The notes below the pieces were generated by a model. It was not told the origin of the DNA and made no database searches. It saw nothing but the letters and a program-made list of their open reading frames with translations. The translations under genes were made by a program, and so were the position numbers. DNA of 64,000 bases from a virus (lineage: Duplodnaviria; Heunggongvirae; Uroviricota; Caudoviricetes), in IMG/VR virus record IMGVR_UViG_3300024273_002067; one strand, given 5' to 3'. The first letter of the stretch is position 1. Every line of letters begins with the position of its first letter. Positions 1-8,197 of this stretch are shown here, piece after piece.

Positions 1-194
1 TCTCCCATTTGAATAATTTCAGGATGATTACTTTCAGAAACTTTAATAGCATTAGCATCTACTTCTGAAGAAATATAAACATTTACCTTTACACCCATTT
101 CTTTTAATGCAACCATAGCACATGAAGCTCCATCAAACAAACTGACCACATTTATTCCTTTATCCTCTTTTGACTTAAAGCCAATTAGAGACAT
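1..194 (-). CDS. DNA cytosine-5 methyltransferase, N-terminal part (runs off window start)
   Basis: Not in ORF track. Manual translation from ATG at 194: MSLIGFKSKEDKGINVVSLFDGASCAMVALKEMGVKVNVYISSEVDANAIKVSESNHPEIIQMG, matching C5-MTase motifs I-III (SLFDG, SEVD, IQMG). Confidence 0.8.
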   Translation of the reverse strand, partial: MSLIGFKSKEDKGINVVSLFDGASCAMVALKEMGVKVNVYISSEVDANAIKVSESNHPEIIQMG

Positions 195-219
195 TAATAA
201 TTTAATTATTTTTTTCATA

Positions 220-1287
220 TTATTCATTTGTTATATTTTTTACACTTTTATTATTATAGAAATCCTTACTTTCTAATACATTCAAACAAGCTTCCGGGAC
301 TATGTACTTCAATTTATCAACCCCGTTTTCTTCTCTTAAAATTCGCCTTACCTTAGAAGAGGATATGTTTGTTTCCAATAACCCTTCTATCTTTTTTATA
401 TTTTTATCGACAGATTCAACTCTAACAATCTTATTTATATCTCTCATATGAGAACCGCCTCTTTCGTAGTAGTATATAGGAAAATTATCTTCTATATATT
501 CGAAAGACTTTAGCTTATCTATATCGTACAAATAGTCTGCACCCATAATTAAAGAAAATTTATAATCTTTATATTTGGAACTTATCTTTAACAAAGATTC
601 AGCAACAGAATTATTTTCATCGTTTTTGTAATCTAATTTTGCTAATTTAAAATAAGGATTGTCAAGTATAGCATTTTTCAAAAGTAAAATTCTATTTTTT
701 AAACTTAACAACTCTTCACCTTTGTGACTTAAAGGGTATCCTTCATCAGAAAATAAAAACCAAACTTCATCAAAATTGTATCCATGTACAGCGGTATTTG
801 CAACAATTAAATGAGCATTATGAATAGGATTAAAAGAACCTATAAACAATCCTATGTTAGATGGTTTTTTATTTTTTTTATACCCCAACCTCTTAATCAT
901 CACTATGTCCCTTTCTAGCTGATGTAATATTTTAGACTTTTTCTGCTTCAACTCTCTAATTGAATATGAAACCTTGTTTGAAACTAATTTACTAACCAGA
1001 AATTTAGAGTTTATATTATTATATTTCTCAATATACTTTTTATTAGACTCATATAATTCATCATGCTTTTTAATGGAACTTATTATGGTAGCGTGGTCTC
1101 TTCCTCCTAAAATGTTTCCAATTTCACGTAGACTAATATTAAAGTTAGACTTAATTATTACTGCAAAAATTCTTCTAGCATCAGCATAATCTGGCTTTCT
1201 GGTCTTGGATATTACACCCTCTTCAGATAGTCCAGTTTCTTTTGATATTATTGAAAATAGTAAACTTTTCTCTTTATTGGTCAACAT
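220..1287 (-). CDS. nadD: DnaA domain-IV-like HTH fused to NadD-like nicotinate/nicotinamide mononucleotide adenylyltransferase
   Basis: N-term ARRIFAVIIK..NISLREIGNILGGRDHATII (DnaA C-terminal signature); C-term FIGSFNPIHNAH (HIGH-like), LIMGAD, ISSSKVR. Confidence 0.85.
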   Translation of the reverse strand: MLTNKEKSLLFSIISKETGLSEEGVISKTRKPDYADARRIFAVIIKSNFNISLREIGNILGGRDHATIISSIKKHDELYESNKKYIEKYNNINSKFLVSKLVSNKVSYSIRELKQKKSKILHQLERDIVMIKRLGYKKNKKPSNIGLFIGSFNPIHNAHLIVANTAVHGYNFDEVWFLFSDEGYPLSHKGEELLSLKNRILLLKNAILDNPYFKLAKLDYKNDENNSVAESLLKISSKYKDYKFSLIMGADYLYDIDKLKSFEYIEDNFPIYYYERGGSHMRDINKIVRVESVDKNIKKIEGLLETNISSSKVRRILREENGVDKLKYIVPEACLNVLESKDFYNNKSVKNITNE

Positions 1288-1315
1288 TTATTTGTTGTAG
1301 TTTTGAAATTTTTAA

Positions 1316-2815
1316 TTATACAGTGACAACAGAATATTTGCTGCTTTGTTTATTTATCAACTCTCTAATGTCGCTAATTTTTGTTGTTTTTACAAAATTA
1401 CCATCCACATATACAACCTCAAGAAGCCCGGAAGATTCCTCCTCTAATGTACATTGGTCTTTCATCTTTATGTTACCACACTCTCCTTTGTATAGGTGCA
1501 AATAACCTCTAGCAGATTTTTTTACACCATCATCAGTGATTGGGTCTTTAAAAATATCTCTAGACTCGCCATTTACAGTAACATGAGTAGCTTTAACTGC
1601 ACCACCTTGACTATCTCTGGTTGCATAACCCATTGAATACGAACCAATACCCAACACAACATTTGTAGATGCAAAACCTTTAGCTTCTAATCTTACACAA
1701 ATGTCTTCAGCCCTTTCTAAAGTAATGCTATCTCCATATATTGCTCCAATGTGAGAGTCTAAAACCTTATACCCTTGAGAGTTAACAGTTCCTCCAAAAA
1801 CATCCCAAAGAAGCTCAATTACACCCTTAGAAACAGCTTCTTCCATGTTAGTAAAATCATCATCTGCATCTAGTTCAAATCCACACAAAATGTCAACAGG
1901 GTCTCCAGAATCGGGTCTAATAACTAACTTACCGTCTCTAGATAAAATCTCTTCTTTAAGTTCAGTAATAAACTCAGTACAAACTTTCCACAAATCAAAA
2001 GAGTCGGAAACAACCGAAAGTATACCAGTTGGATATTGCTTCATCAACCTTCTAAATGCGTTAATCTCATCCTCTTTTCCGTATGCAGTCATTACTGCGT
2101 GCTCTGAAGCTGGCACGCTGAAGCCTACATCTTTTGAGTTGTAGTAATATTCAGCCGCTTGTAAACAGGGTATAGTGTCTGTTCCACAAAAAGAAGTTAA
2201 AAATCCTAATCCAGAACTAATTGCAGACTCTGGGTGTTGCATTCCTCTGAATGAGAAGTCATGTCCCTGAAAATCGACAAAACCTAAATTGTCTTCATCA
2301 GTTTTTCTGGCATGTTTTACTAATATTTGCTTATAAGCATACGCTAGAGATGCTGAATGTAGTGGCTTCCACAATAGAGAAGAAATCATAGTTTCTAAAA
2401 AGTTAGGTAACCAATAAAAATCTTTATGAGTATTCTTCACGGTGAAAAATGGAACTTTTTCATCTATTATAGTACCTTCTGGTAAAGACTTTACTTTTAT
2501 AGGTAAATATCCCAAGTCGTGTAATGACTCAAAGTGAGATACGTCATAATCTGAGCCCAGGTAAGAAGAGAGAAATTCTTTAGCTTCTCCTACGACCTCA
2601 TTTTTAGGTCTACTGAAAAAGTTTTCATTATAAAGTTCTTCTATTTTTTTAATAGTATACTGAACCCCAAAAACAACAACCTTTTTAGCTTGTACAGGCA
2701 TGTATTTTACACTTCTAGGAGTAAAGTTTGAATAAACTTCTGTAGTTCCCTCTGGGTACATTCTATGATGACTAGTCTTGTAGCCATCTGTCATTAATAG
2801 TGGATTATTTTTCAT
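1316..2815 (-). CDS. Nicotinamide phosphoribosyltransferase family (Nampt/Namat-like)
   Basis: TDGYKTSH, DFSFRG, SVPASEH, VSDSFD, RPDSGDP, IYGDSIT motifs. Confidence 0.92.
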   Translation of the reverse strand: MKNNPLLMTDGYKTSHHRMYPEGTTEVYSNFTPRSVKYMPVQAKKVVVFGVQYTIKKIEELYNENFFSRPKNEVVGEAKEFLSSYLGSDYDVSHFESLHDLGYLPIKVKSLPEGTIIDEKVPFFTVKNTHKDFYWLPNFLETMISSLLWKPLHSASLAYAYKQILVKHARKTDEDNLGFVDFQGHDFSFRGMQHPESAISSGLGFLTSFCGTDTIPCLQAAEYYYNSKDVGFSVPASEHAVMTAYGKEDEINAFRRLMKQYPTGILSVVSDSFDLWKVCTEFITELKEEILSRDGKLVIRPDSGDPVDILCGFELDADDDFTNMEEAVSKGVIELLWDVFGGTVNSQGYKVLDSHIGAIYGDSITLERAEDICVRLEAKGFASTNVVLGIGSYSMGYATRDSQGGAVKATHVTVNGESRDIFKDPITDDGVKKSARGYLHLYKGECGNIKMKDQCTLEEESSGLLEVVYVDGNFVKTTKISDIRELINKQSSKYSVVTV

Positions 2816-2816
2816 G

Positions 2817-3746
2817 TTATTTGTTATTATTATTTAATTTAGGCAAGTGACCTTGTCCAACAATGAATAAGCCGTATTGATTCAACTTATCATTGCTTTC
2901 AAATTCTTTAATGCTATCAGTTGTATACACTTCGTCTATATGTTCAAAGATTGCGTCAAGCCCTTTAGAAAAAATGCCGTGGGTTACTGCTAAAACTATT
3001 TTAGCATCTTCTTTTTCCTTTTTTATAACTTTAGCTAGTTCAATGAAGGTTCTACCTCCATCACATATATCATCGAAGATAACATAGGTTGCGTTTGAGG
3101 CCTTTATGTTTTCCAGTCCTGAAATAGAAGTGTGTGTTATTTGTCCTTTGACATCTCTATTCTTAGAGCCAATAACTAGGTTTTTAATACCAGTAGCTTT
3201 CTGAATTTTGAATACTTTTTTGAGAGCTCCTGCGTCTGGAGATACAAGTACAAAAGGGTCTAAAAATTTAGGTTTAGAATGAGATAATACATCTTTTAAA
3301 ACATGGTTAGCAAAATCAACAGTATCAATTCCTTTGAAGTTATTAATACAAGCTTCTAAGACATCTGAATGAGGGTCTAGTACCGTTACTTTTTCAAAAT
3401 TCTGTGAGTTAATTATTGGTGCTATAACCGTTTTAATGTAGTTAATTCCACCTTCCTCAAACTTTCTATCACTTCTACCCCCAGTACAATATGGGATATA
3501 CAACCTTATCCTTTCAACACCAATCTCTTTGAGGCATTGATTGGCACATATTATTAGCTCTAAGTCCTTAAAGCTATTTAATCTTGACTTAATTGTGATA
3601 CCTTGACTGTTGTTTTTTAATGAATAAAAAGTATTATACACACCTTCAACAACCTTAAGAGTTTGTTGTCCGTCTGGGAATTTTGAAATCTCATACTTAC
3701 AAGATAAACTGTCTTCTGGGTTTACTAAATTTAGTGTTTCAGCCAT
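2817..3746 (-). CDS. Ribose-phosphate pyrophosphokinase family (Prs/Adps-like)
   Basis: FPDGQ, IPY..GGRSDR, DPHS, VSPDAGA, FDDICDGGRTF, VTHGIFS motifs. Confidence 0.92.
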   Translation of the reverse strand: MAETLNLVNPEDSLSCKYEISKFPDGQQTLKVVEGVYNTFYSLKNNSQGITIKSRLNSFKDLELIICANQCLKEIGVERIRLYIPYCTGGRSDRKFEEGGINYIKTVIAPIINSQNFEKVTVLDPHSDVLEACINNFKGIDTVDFANHVLKDVLSHSKPKFLDPFVLVSPDAGALKKVFKIQKATGIKNLVIGSKNRDVKGQITHTSISGLENIKASNATYVIFDDICDGGRTFIELAKVIKKEKEDAKIVLAVTHGIFSKGLDAIFEHIDEVYTTDSIKEFESNDKLNQYGLFIVGQGHLPKLNNNNK

Positions 3747-3762
3747 AATTGTGTTATAAATT

Positions 3763-3770
3763 CAAATTTA
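3763..3770 (-). promoter_or_regulatory. Bacteroidota-type -7 promoter element TAAATTTG upstream of NAD operon
   Basis: Matches TAnnTTTG, 16 nt upstream of the prs-like start. Confidence 0.5.
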
Positions 3771-3869
3771 AAGATAAATTAAAAGAATAGCAAATATGAA
3801 TGCTCTATTTTCTTTATTTTTATAGTAACGATAAAATATTAAAAAAATTACAATAAACTATTTATTTAT

Positions 3870-4232
3870 ATGAAATTAAATTATTTATATCACTATAGAG
3901 CAAAAGTTATAGACGTGTATGATGGAGATACCGTTAGATTAGAAGTTCAGCTTGGGTTCGGGATTACCTGGAGAGGTGTTGACAACAAAGGGTTGAAGAT
4001 TAGACTATTTGGAATTAACACGCCTGAGGTCAGGGGCAAAGAGAGGCCTCAGGGATTAATATCTAGAGACAAATTAAGAGAGCAAATATTGGGAAAAGAA
4101 ATAACTCTTAAAACAATAAGAGATAAGACTGGTAAATATGGTAGATATTTGGGAATTCTAATCAAGGAAGATGGAACAAATATGAACGATTGGCTAGTTT
4201 CTGAAGGCTTGGCCGAAAGAAGAGATTACTAA
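3870..4232 (+). CDS. Thermonuclease (SNase-like)
   Basis: VIDVYDGDT, IRLFGINTPE, DKTGKYGRYLG, LVSEGLA. Confidence 0.9.
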   Translation: MKLNYLYHYRAKVIDVYDGDTVRLEVQLGFGITWRGVDNKGLKIRLFGINTPEVRGKERPQGLISRDKLREQILGKEITLKTIRDKTGKYGRYLGILIKEDGTNMNDWLVSEGLAERRDY

Positions 4233-5716
4233 ATTTGCAATAACATATAGTACAATTTCTTTTTAGGCCTTGACACTGCTACGTAATGAACGTTCTTCTC
4301 TTCTTGATAACCATCCATACCAGGATAAAATGTATAGTAATCCTTTTTATCTGATGGTATTTCTATTTCATTCTTTTCAACTAAATCTTCTGGCAAGGAG
4401 TTTACAACTACACAAGTGTGAAACTCTTTACCCTTAGATTTATGTATTGTTGTAACAAAGTTTTTATTTTCTTTATTTTCTTCTATAAATCTAACCAAAT
4501 CCATAACACCCCCAGGAAAATTATCTAAAACATAATCTAACCTTTTTCTTATTAAAGAATTTATTTTTCCATCCTTTATGTCTTCAACATCTTTTTCCTT
4601 AAGGTAATTAAAATAATTTAAAGGAACTTTTCTACTCAACAAATTAAACTCTATTAACTTAACTATAAAATTTGTTCTTGCCAAAACTACAACTTCATCT
4701 TTATTTTTAATTAATTCAACTAATTTATCAAAATCTATGAATGTTTCGTTTATTTCTCCATCAAATGTGTGAAAAGATTTTGCGTCTAAACTTGAAAACT
4801 GATTAGAATTTGATATTATTTGTTTGGCACTTCTAAAGTTAGTGGTCAAACTCATTCTGTCAACCTTTCTCCTTTTTAACAAAATGTCTTCAATGGCTGC
4901 ACAATTACTTCCGCTATAACCATATATAGACTGATTTAAATCACCAACCAAATAATACTTCTTAGCATTTAACTTCATAAGTATGTCCATTTGAATAGTA
5001 CTAGTGTCTTGATATTCATCTAAGAAAAGATAGTCATATTTGTCTTTAAACATTTTCAACCACTTATTCTCTTTGAGTAAATTTCTCACATCTAATAATA
5101 TATCAGAAAAATCTCTCTTTCTTTTTTCTCTTAAATATTTTGAGTATGGAATGTAAAAGTCTGGAATTCTAACTTTTATACCATCTGCCGTCTGTAATTT
5201 ATATGATGATATTTGAGAGTCTAAAAAATCTGCATCATCATATAGGTTTGATATTATTTTATCAAACTTGAACACTTCTTTTTGAGTGGATTTTTTGGAT
5301 GGCTTATTTGTTATTTTATACCACTCTATGAATTCATAAAAATTAGTTACACCCTTAAACTTACCCATTCTATGCAACATCCAAAAACAAAAGGAATGTA
5401 TTGTAGTTATTCTTATGTCTGGGTTGTTTACTCTTTCCTTTAATTCTTCAACGGCAGCATTTGTAAAGCTAAAGAATATAATTTTTTTGGGGTCTGCTCC
5501 ACGTTTTATTAACTCTTTTAACCTTAGAACACAACAATGAGTTTTCCCTGAGCCTGCACAACTTGATAGTAGAACTGACTTTTTAGTGCGAGAAAGAACG
5601 AATTCTTTTTGTTCATCAGTTAACATTGATATTGCATCATTATCTTCTTTTTCTTGAAAAGCGTCTAATTGATTTTCATCTTTCATTTTTTCCATTTCAT
5701 TTGAAACTTTACTCAT
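4229..5716 (-). CDS. Compact UvrD/Rep-family SF1A helicase
   Basis: SCAGSGKT, FSFTNAA, TIHSF, DEYQD, VGDLNQSIYGY, NFRS, TIHKSKGKEF, YVAVSRPKK. Confidence 0.9.
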   Translation of the reverse strand: MSKVSNEMEKMKDENQLDAFQEKEDNDAISMLTDEQKEFVLSRTKKSVLLSSCAGSGKTHCCVLRLKELIKRGADPKKIIFFSFTNAAVEELKERVNNPDIRITTIHSFCFWMLHRMGKFKGVTNFYEFIEWYKITNKPSKKSTQKEVFKFDKIISNLYDDADFLDSQISSYKLQTADGIKVRIPDFYIPYSKYLREKRKRDFSDILLDVRNLLKENKWLKMFKDKYDYLFLDEYQDTSTIQMDILMKLNAKKYYLVGDLNQSIYGYSGSNCAAIEDILLKRRKVDRMSLTTNFRSAKQIISNSNQFSSLDAKSFHTFDGEINETFIDFDKLVELIKNKDEVVVLARTNFIVKLIEFNLLSRKVPLNYFNYLKEKDVEDIKDGKINSLIRKRLDYVLDNFPGGVMDLVRFIEENKENKNFVTTIHKSKGKEFHTCVVVNSLPEDLVEKNEIEIPSDKKDYYTFYPGMDGYQEEKNVHYVAVSRPKKKLYYMLLQI

Positions 5717-6197
5717 TCCTAATATTAATTATACCACCTTTTTTAGATTTTTTAGACCATAAAAGCAAAAATTCACCTGACAAACCCTTCATGTTGCTCT
5801 TTTCCAAAATTAAACCTCTGCTTTTTTTAAAAACACTTTTAGGTGTAATATTAATTTCTAAATACCCCCTTAATTTTCCAATAGGACATAATTCAACACC
5901 TCCAAAATTAATAACGTCAAACATCTCATCAGACTTATTGTAATAAAGCTGATTTCCTAAAATGTCACAAATTGACATATCACTTAATATAGCGCAAAAA
6001 TCTTCAGAAATCGGACTATTAGATTCTGTTTCGAATGCTAATTTAGCACATAGTCTGTTAATAGTTGTTATAAAAGTATTATTCCATTCCAATCTACTAG
6101 CATAAGGAGTTATGCCTCTAGGTTGTGCAAAGTCATAAGAATACCATTCTTCTTCAACCAACATTTTACAAATACTATTATTGTAACTTGGGTTCAT
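5709..6197 (-). CDS. Short protein resembling the C-terminal part of a gp23-like major capsid protein
   Basis: PYASRLEWNNTFITTINRLCAKL, ISEDFCAILSDM and IGKLRGYLEINITP recall the PYTQKDWNQTLIT.IN..SAQI, VSSE.SAIFDDL and VGTL.GRYQVYRDP blocks of large-phage MCPs (recalled, not searched). Confidence 0.6.
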   Translation of the reverse strand: MNPSYNNSICKMLVEEEWYSYDFAQPRGITPYASRLEWNNTFITTINRLCAKLAFETESNSPISEDFCAILSDMSICDILGNQLYYNKSDEMFDVINFGGVELCPIGKLRGYLEINITPKSVFKKSRGLILEKSNMKGLSGEFLLLWSKKSKKGGIINIRNE

Positions 6198-7011
6198 TTT
6201 GTGTCGTTCTACTTTTCTCCATTATTTTTTCTAAAACTTTTTTTGTATCAGTTGAAAAGTCAGACTTCATAAACCAAGTATAGTATCCTGGGTTGTGTTT
6301 TAAAACATCAACGACTGACTGGTCTTGATATTTTCCAAAATTAAATACAGCAACATTGTTTTCATTTAATACAATCCTTCCAGAATAATCTAACTGACCT
6401 TTGAAATTCGTAAAATCATGAAGTTTAGACATATCGTTTACGATTGGCCTTTCTTCTACGGTTCCATCAGACTCTTCATAGTTAGAATGTTTATAGTAGT
6501 CCAACTGACTCTCCAATATAGCAGCAGTAGCTCTAATGTCATTCATAGCATCATGAGCGCCCTCTAAATCTTTATTACAATAAAACTTATATGCTGCTTT
6601 TAGATTTCTAGGTTCCATCTTCTGAAATATTTTCCACACGTCAATAGAACGTCTATTATTCATGTCAAACTCAGAACCAGCTCTATAAAACTCTTCTATT
6701 AATAAAGGAACATCGAATCTATTACTATTAAATCCACACAAGTCCGCATCGCCTATAAACGATTCTATGCCTTTTGATATTTGCTTGAACGTTGGAGCGT
6801 CTTGAACCATATCATTTGTAATTCCATGAATAGCAGAAGCTTCTTCTGGTATTGTTACAGTTGGATTTACTAATCTATTTTTTTCTTCAGGCTTTCTTCC
6901 GTCAGAATAGTATTTTATCATTCCTATTTGAACTATCCTATCACTAGAAACGCTAACACCTGTAGTCTCTAAGTCAAAGAACACCAAATCTTTACTTAAG
7001 TTTAAATTCAT
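6178..7011 (-). CDS. DnaQ/DEDDh 3'-5' exonuclease
   Basis: FFDLETTG, FNSNRFD, AHDAMND; C-terminal FNFGKY motif as in Bacteroidota homologs. Confidence 0.9.
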   Translation of the reverse strand: MNLNLSKDLVFFDLETTGVSVSSDRIVQIGMIKYYSDGRKPEEKNRLVNPTVTIPEEASAIHGITNDMVQDAPTFKQISKGIESFIGDADLCGFNSNRFDVPLLIEEFYRAGSEFDMNNRRSIDVWKIFQKMEPRNLKAAYKFYCNKDLEGAHDAMNDIRATAAILESQLDYYKHSNYEESDGTVEERPIVNDMSKLHDFTNFKGQLDYSGRIVLNENNVAVFNFGKYQDQSVVDVLKHNPGYYTWFMKSDFSTDTKKVLEKIMEKSRTTQNEPKLQ

Positions 7012-7013
7012 TA

Positions 7014-7196
7014 TTATATTTTTTGTAAATTATCTTTATTTGCCCAAAAAATTCTTTTAACGTTACTTTCGGACACAGTCTCTATCTTAACCATGTTAGA
7101 AGACAAATCTTCTTCTAATTCTTTTAACAAAACATCTGAAGATACAGAGTTTCCATCTTCAAAAAAAAATTCTTCTTTCAACTTATATTTTGGCAT
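7014..7196 (-). CDS. Hypothetical protein (60 aa)
   Basis: Fills the gap between sigma and DnaQ genes with 2-nt spacers. Confidence 0.6.
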   Translation of the reverse strand: MPKYKLKEEFFFEDGNSVSSDVLLKELEEDLSSNMVKIETVSESNVKRIFWANKDNLQKI

Positions 7197-7198
7197 AA

Positions 7199-8065
7199 CT
7201 AACTTAAATGTTGTTTTAAAATTTCACTCCTACTTCTGTGCCTCAAAACTTTTATAGCAGCATCTTTTATTTGCCTAACCCTCTCTCTTGTTAATTCAAA
7301 ATATTCACCCACTTCTTCTAATGTCATTTTTGGATATCCCATTATTCCATAATACATACAAACCACCTCTCTCTGCCTGGGTGCTATGCTTTTTAGTGTT
7401 GATGACAAATCTTTATGCAAAGAATCTGCAGCCACACTAAGGTCTACATCATTCATTTCTCCTTCTGAAATTGTATCGTATAAACTATAACCATCATCAT
7501 CTGAAGAAAGTGGGGCGTCTAATGAGGTTTGAGGCTGAGCTGAACGTAGTAATCTAGATATTTTTATCACATCTTCTTGCATTATTTCTGCTATCTCTTC
7601 TTCTGTTGGCTCTCTTTGATTTATCTGCTCAAAACCTCTGGATTCTTGCTTTAATTTATAATAAGTGCTTATTTGATTTGTTGGCAATCTAACCATTCTG
7701 GAATTGTTTGCTAAAGCCTCTAATATTGACTGTCTAATCCACCAAACGGCATAAGAAATAAACTTAAATCCTCTTGTTTGGTCAAATCTTTCAGCTGCTT
7801 TTATCAAACCATAATTACCCTCATTTACTAGGTCTTCAAAATTTATACCCTTACCTTGATATTGTTTTGCAACACTTATGACAAACCTCAAATTCCCCGT
7901 AATTAACATTTGTCTAGACTTTTCATCTCCTTCTTGAGACTTAGTGGCGAGGTCATGTTCTTCTTCTTCTGTAAGTTGTTTAATTTTATTTATTTCATTT
8001 AAATATGACTTTATAGAATCAGAATCTCTGTTTGTTATTTTGTTAGTTATCTTTAGTTGCCTCAT
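7199..8065 (-). CDS. RNA polymerase sigma-70 factor, Bacteroidota RpoD-like (copy 1)
   Basis: MRQLKIT start, NLRFVISVAKQY, RGFKFISYAVWWIRQ, TLEEVG..FELTRERVRQI. Confidence 0.93.
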   Translation of the reverse strand: MRQLKITNKITNRDSDSIKSYLNEINKIKQLTEEEEHDLATKSQEGDEKSRQMLITGNLRFVISVAKQYQGKGINFEDLVNEGNYGLIKAAERFDQTRGFKFISYAVWWIRQSILEALANNSRMVRLPTNQISTYYKLKQESRGFEQINQREPTEEEIAEIMQEDVIKISRLLRSAQPQTSLDAPLSSDDDGYSLYDTISEGEMNDVDLSVAADSLHKDLSSTLKSIAPRQREVVCMYYGIMGYPKMTLEEVGEYFELTRERVRQIKDAAIKVLRHRSRSEILKQHLS

Positions 8066-8116
8066 TATAATGTTTCTTTAATTGAATTTAGTTTGAGTAT
8101 TAAATTTATACATAAA

Positions 8117-8124
8117 CAAATATA
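8117..8124 (-). promoter_or_regulatory. TATATTTG -7 element upstream of sigma copy 1
   Basis: Exact TAnnTTTG in the intergenic region, just after a terminator. Confidence 0.55.
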
Positions 8125-8142
8125 AGAATTATTTTAAACAAC

Positions 8143-8172
8143 AAAAAAAAATACCACACAAAAGCATGGTAT
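8143..8172 (-). terminator. Intrinsic terminator after sigma copy 2
   Basis: ATACCATGC-TTTT-GTGTGGTAT hairpin followed by a T run. Confidence 0.75.
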
Positions 8173-8197
8173 TAATCTTTAAATAATATATTAAATT

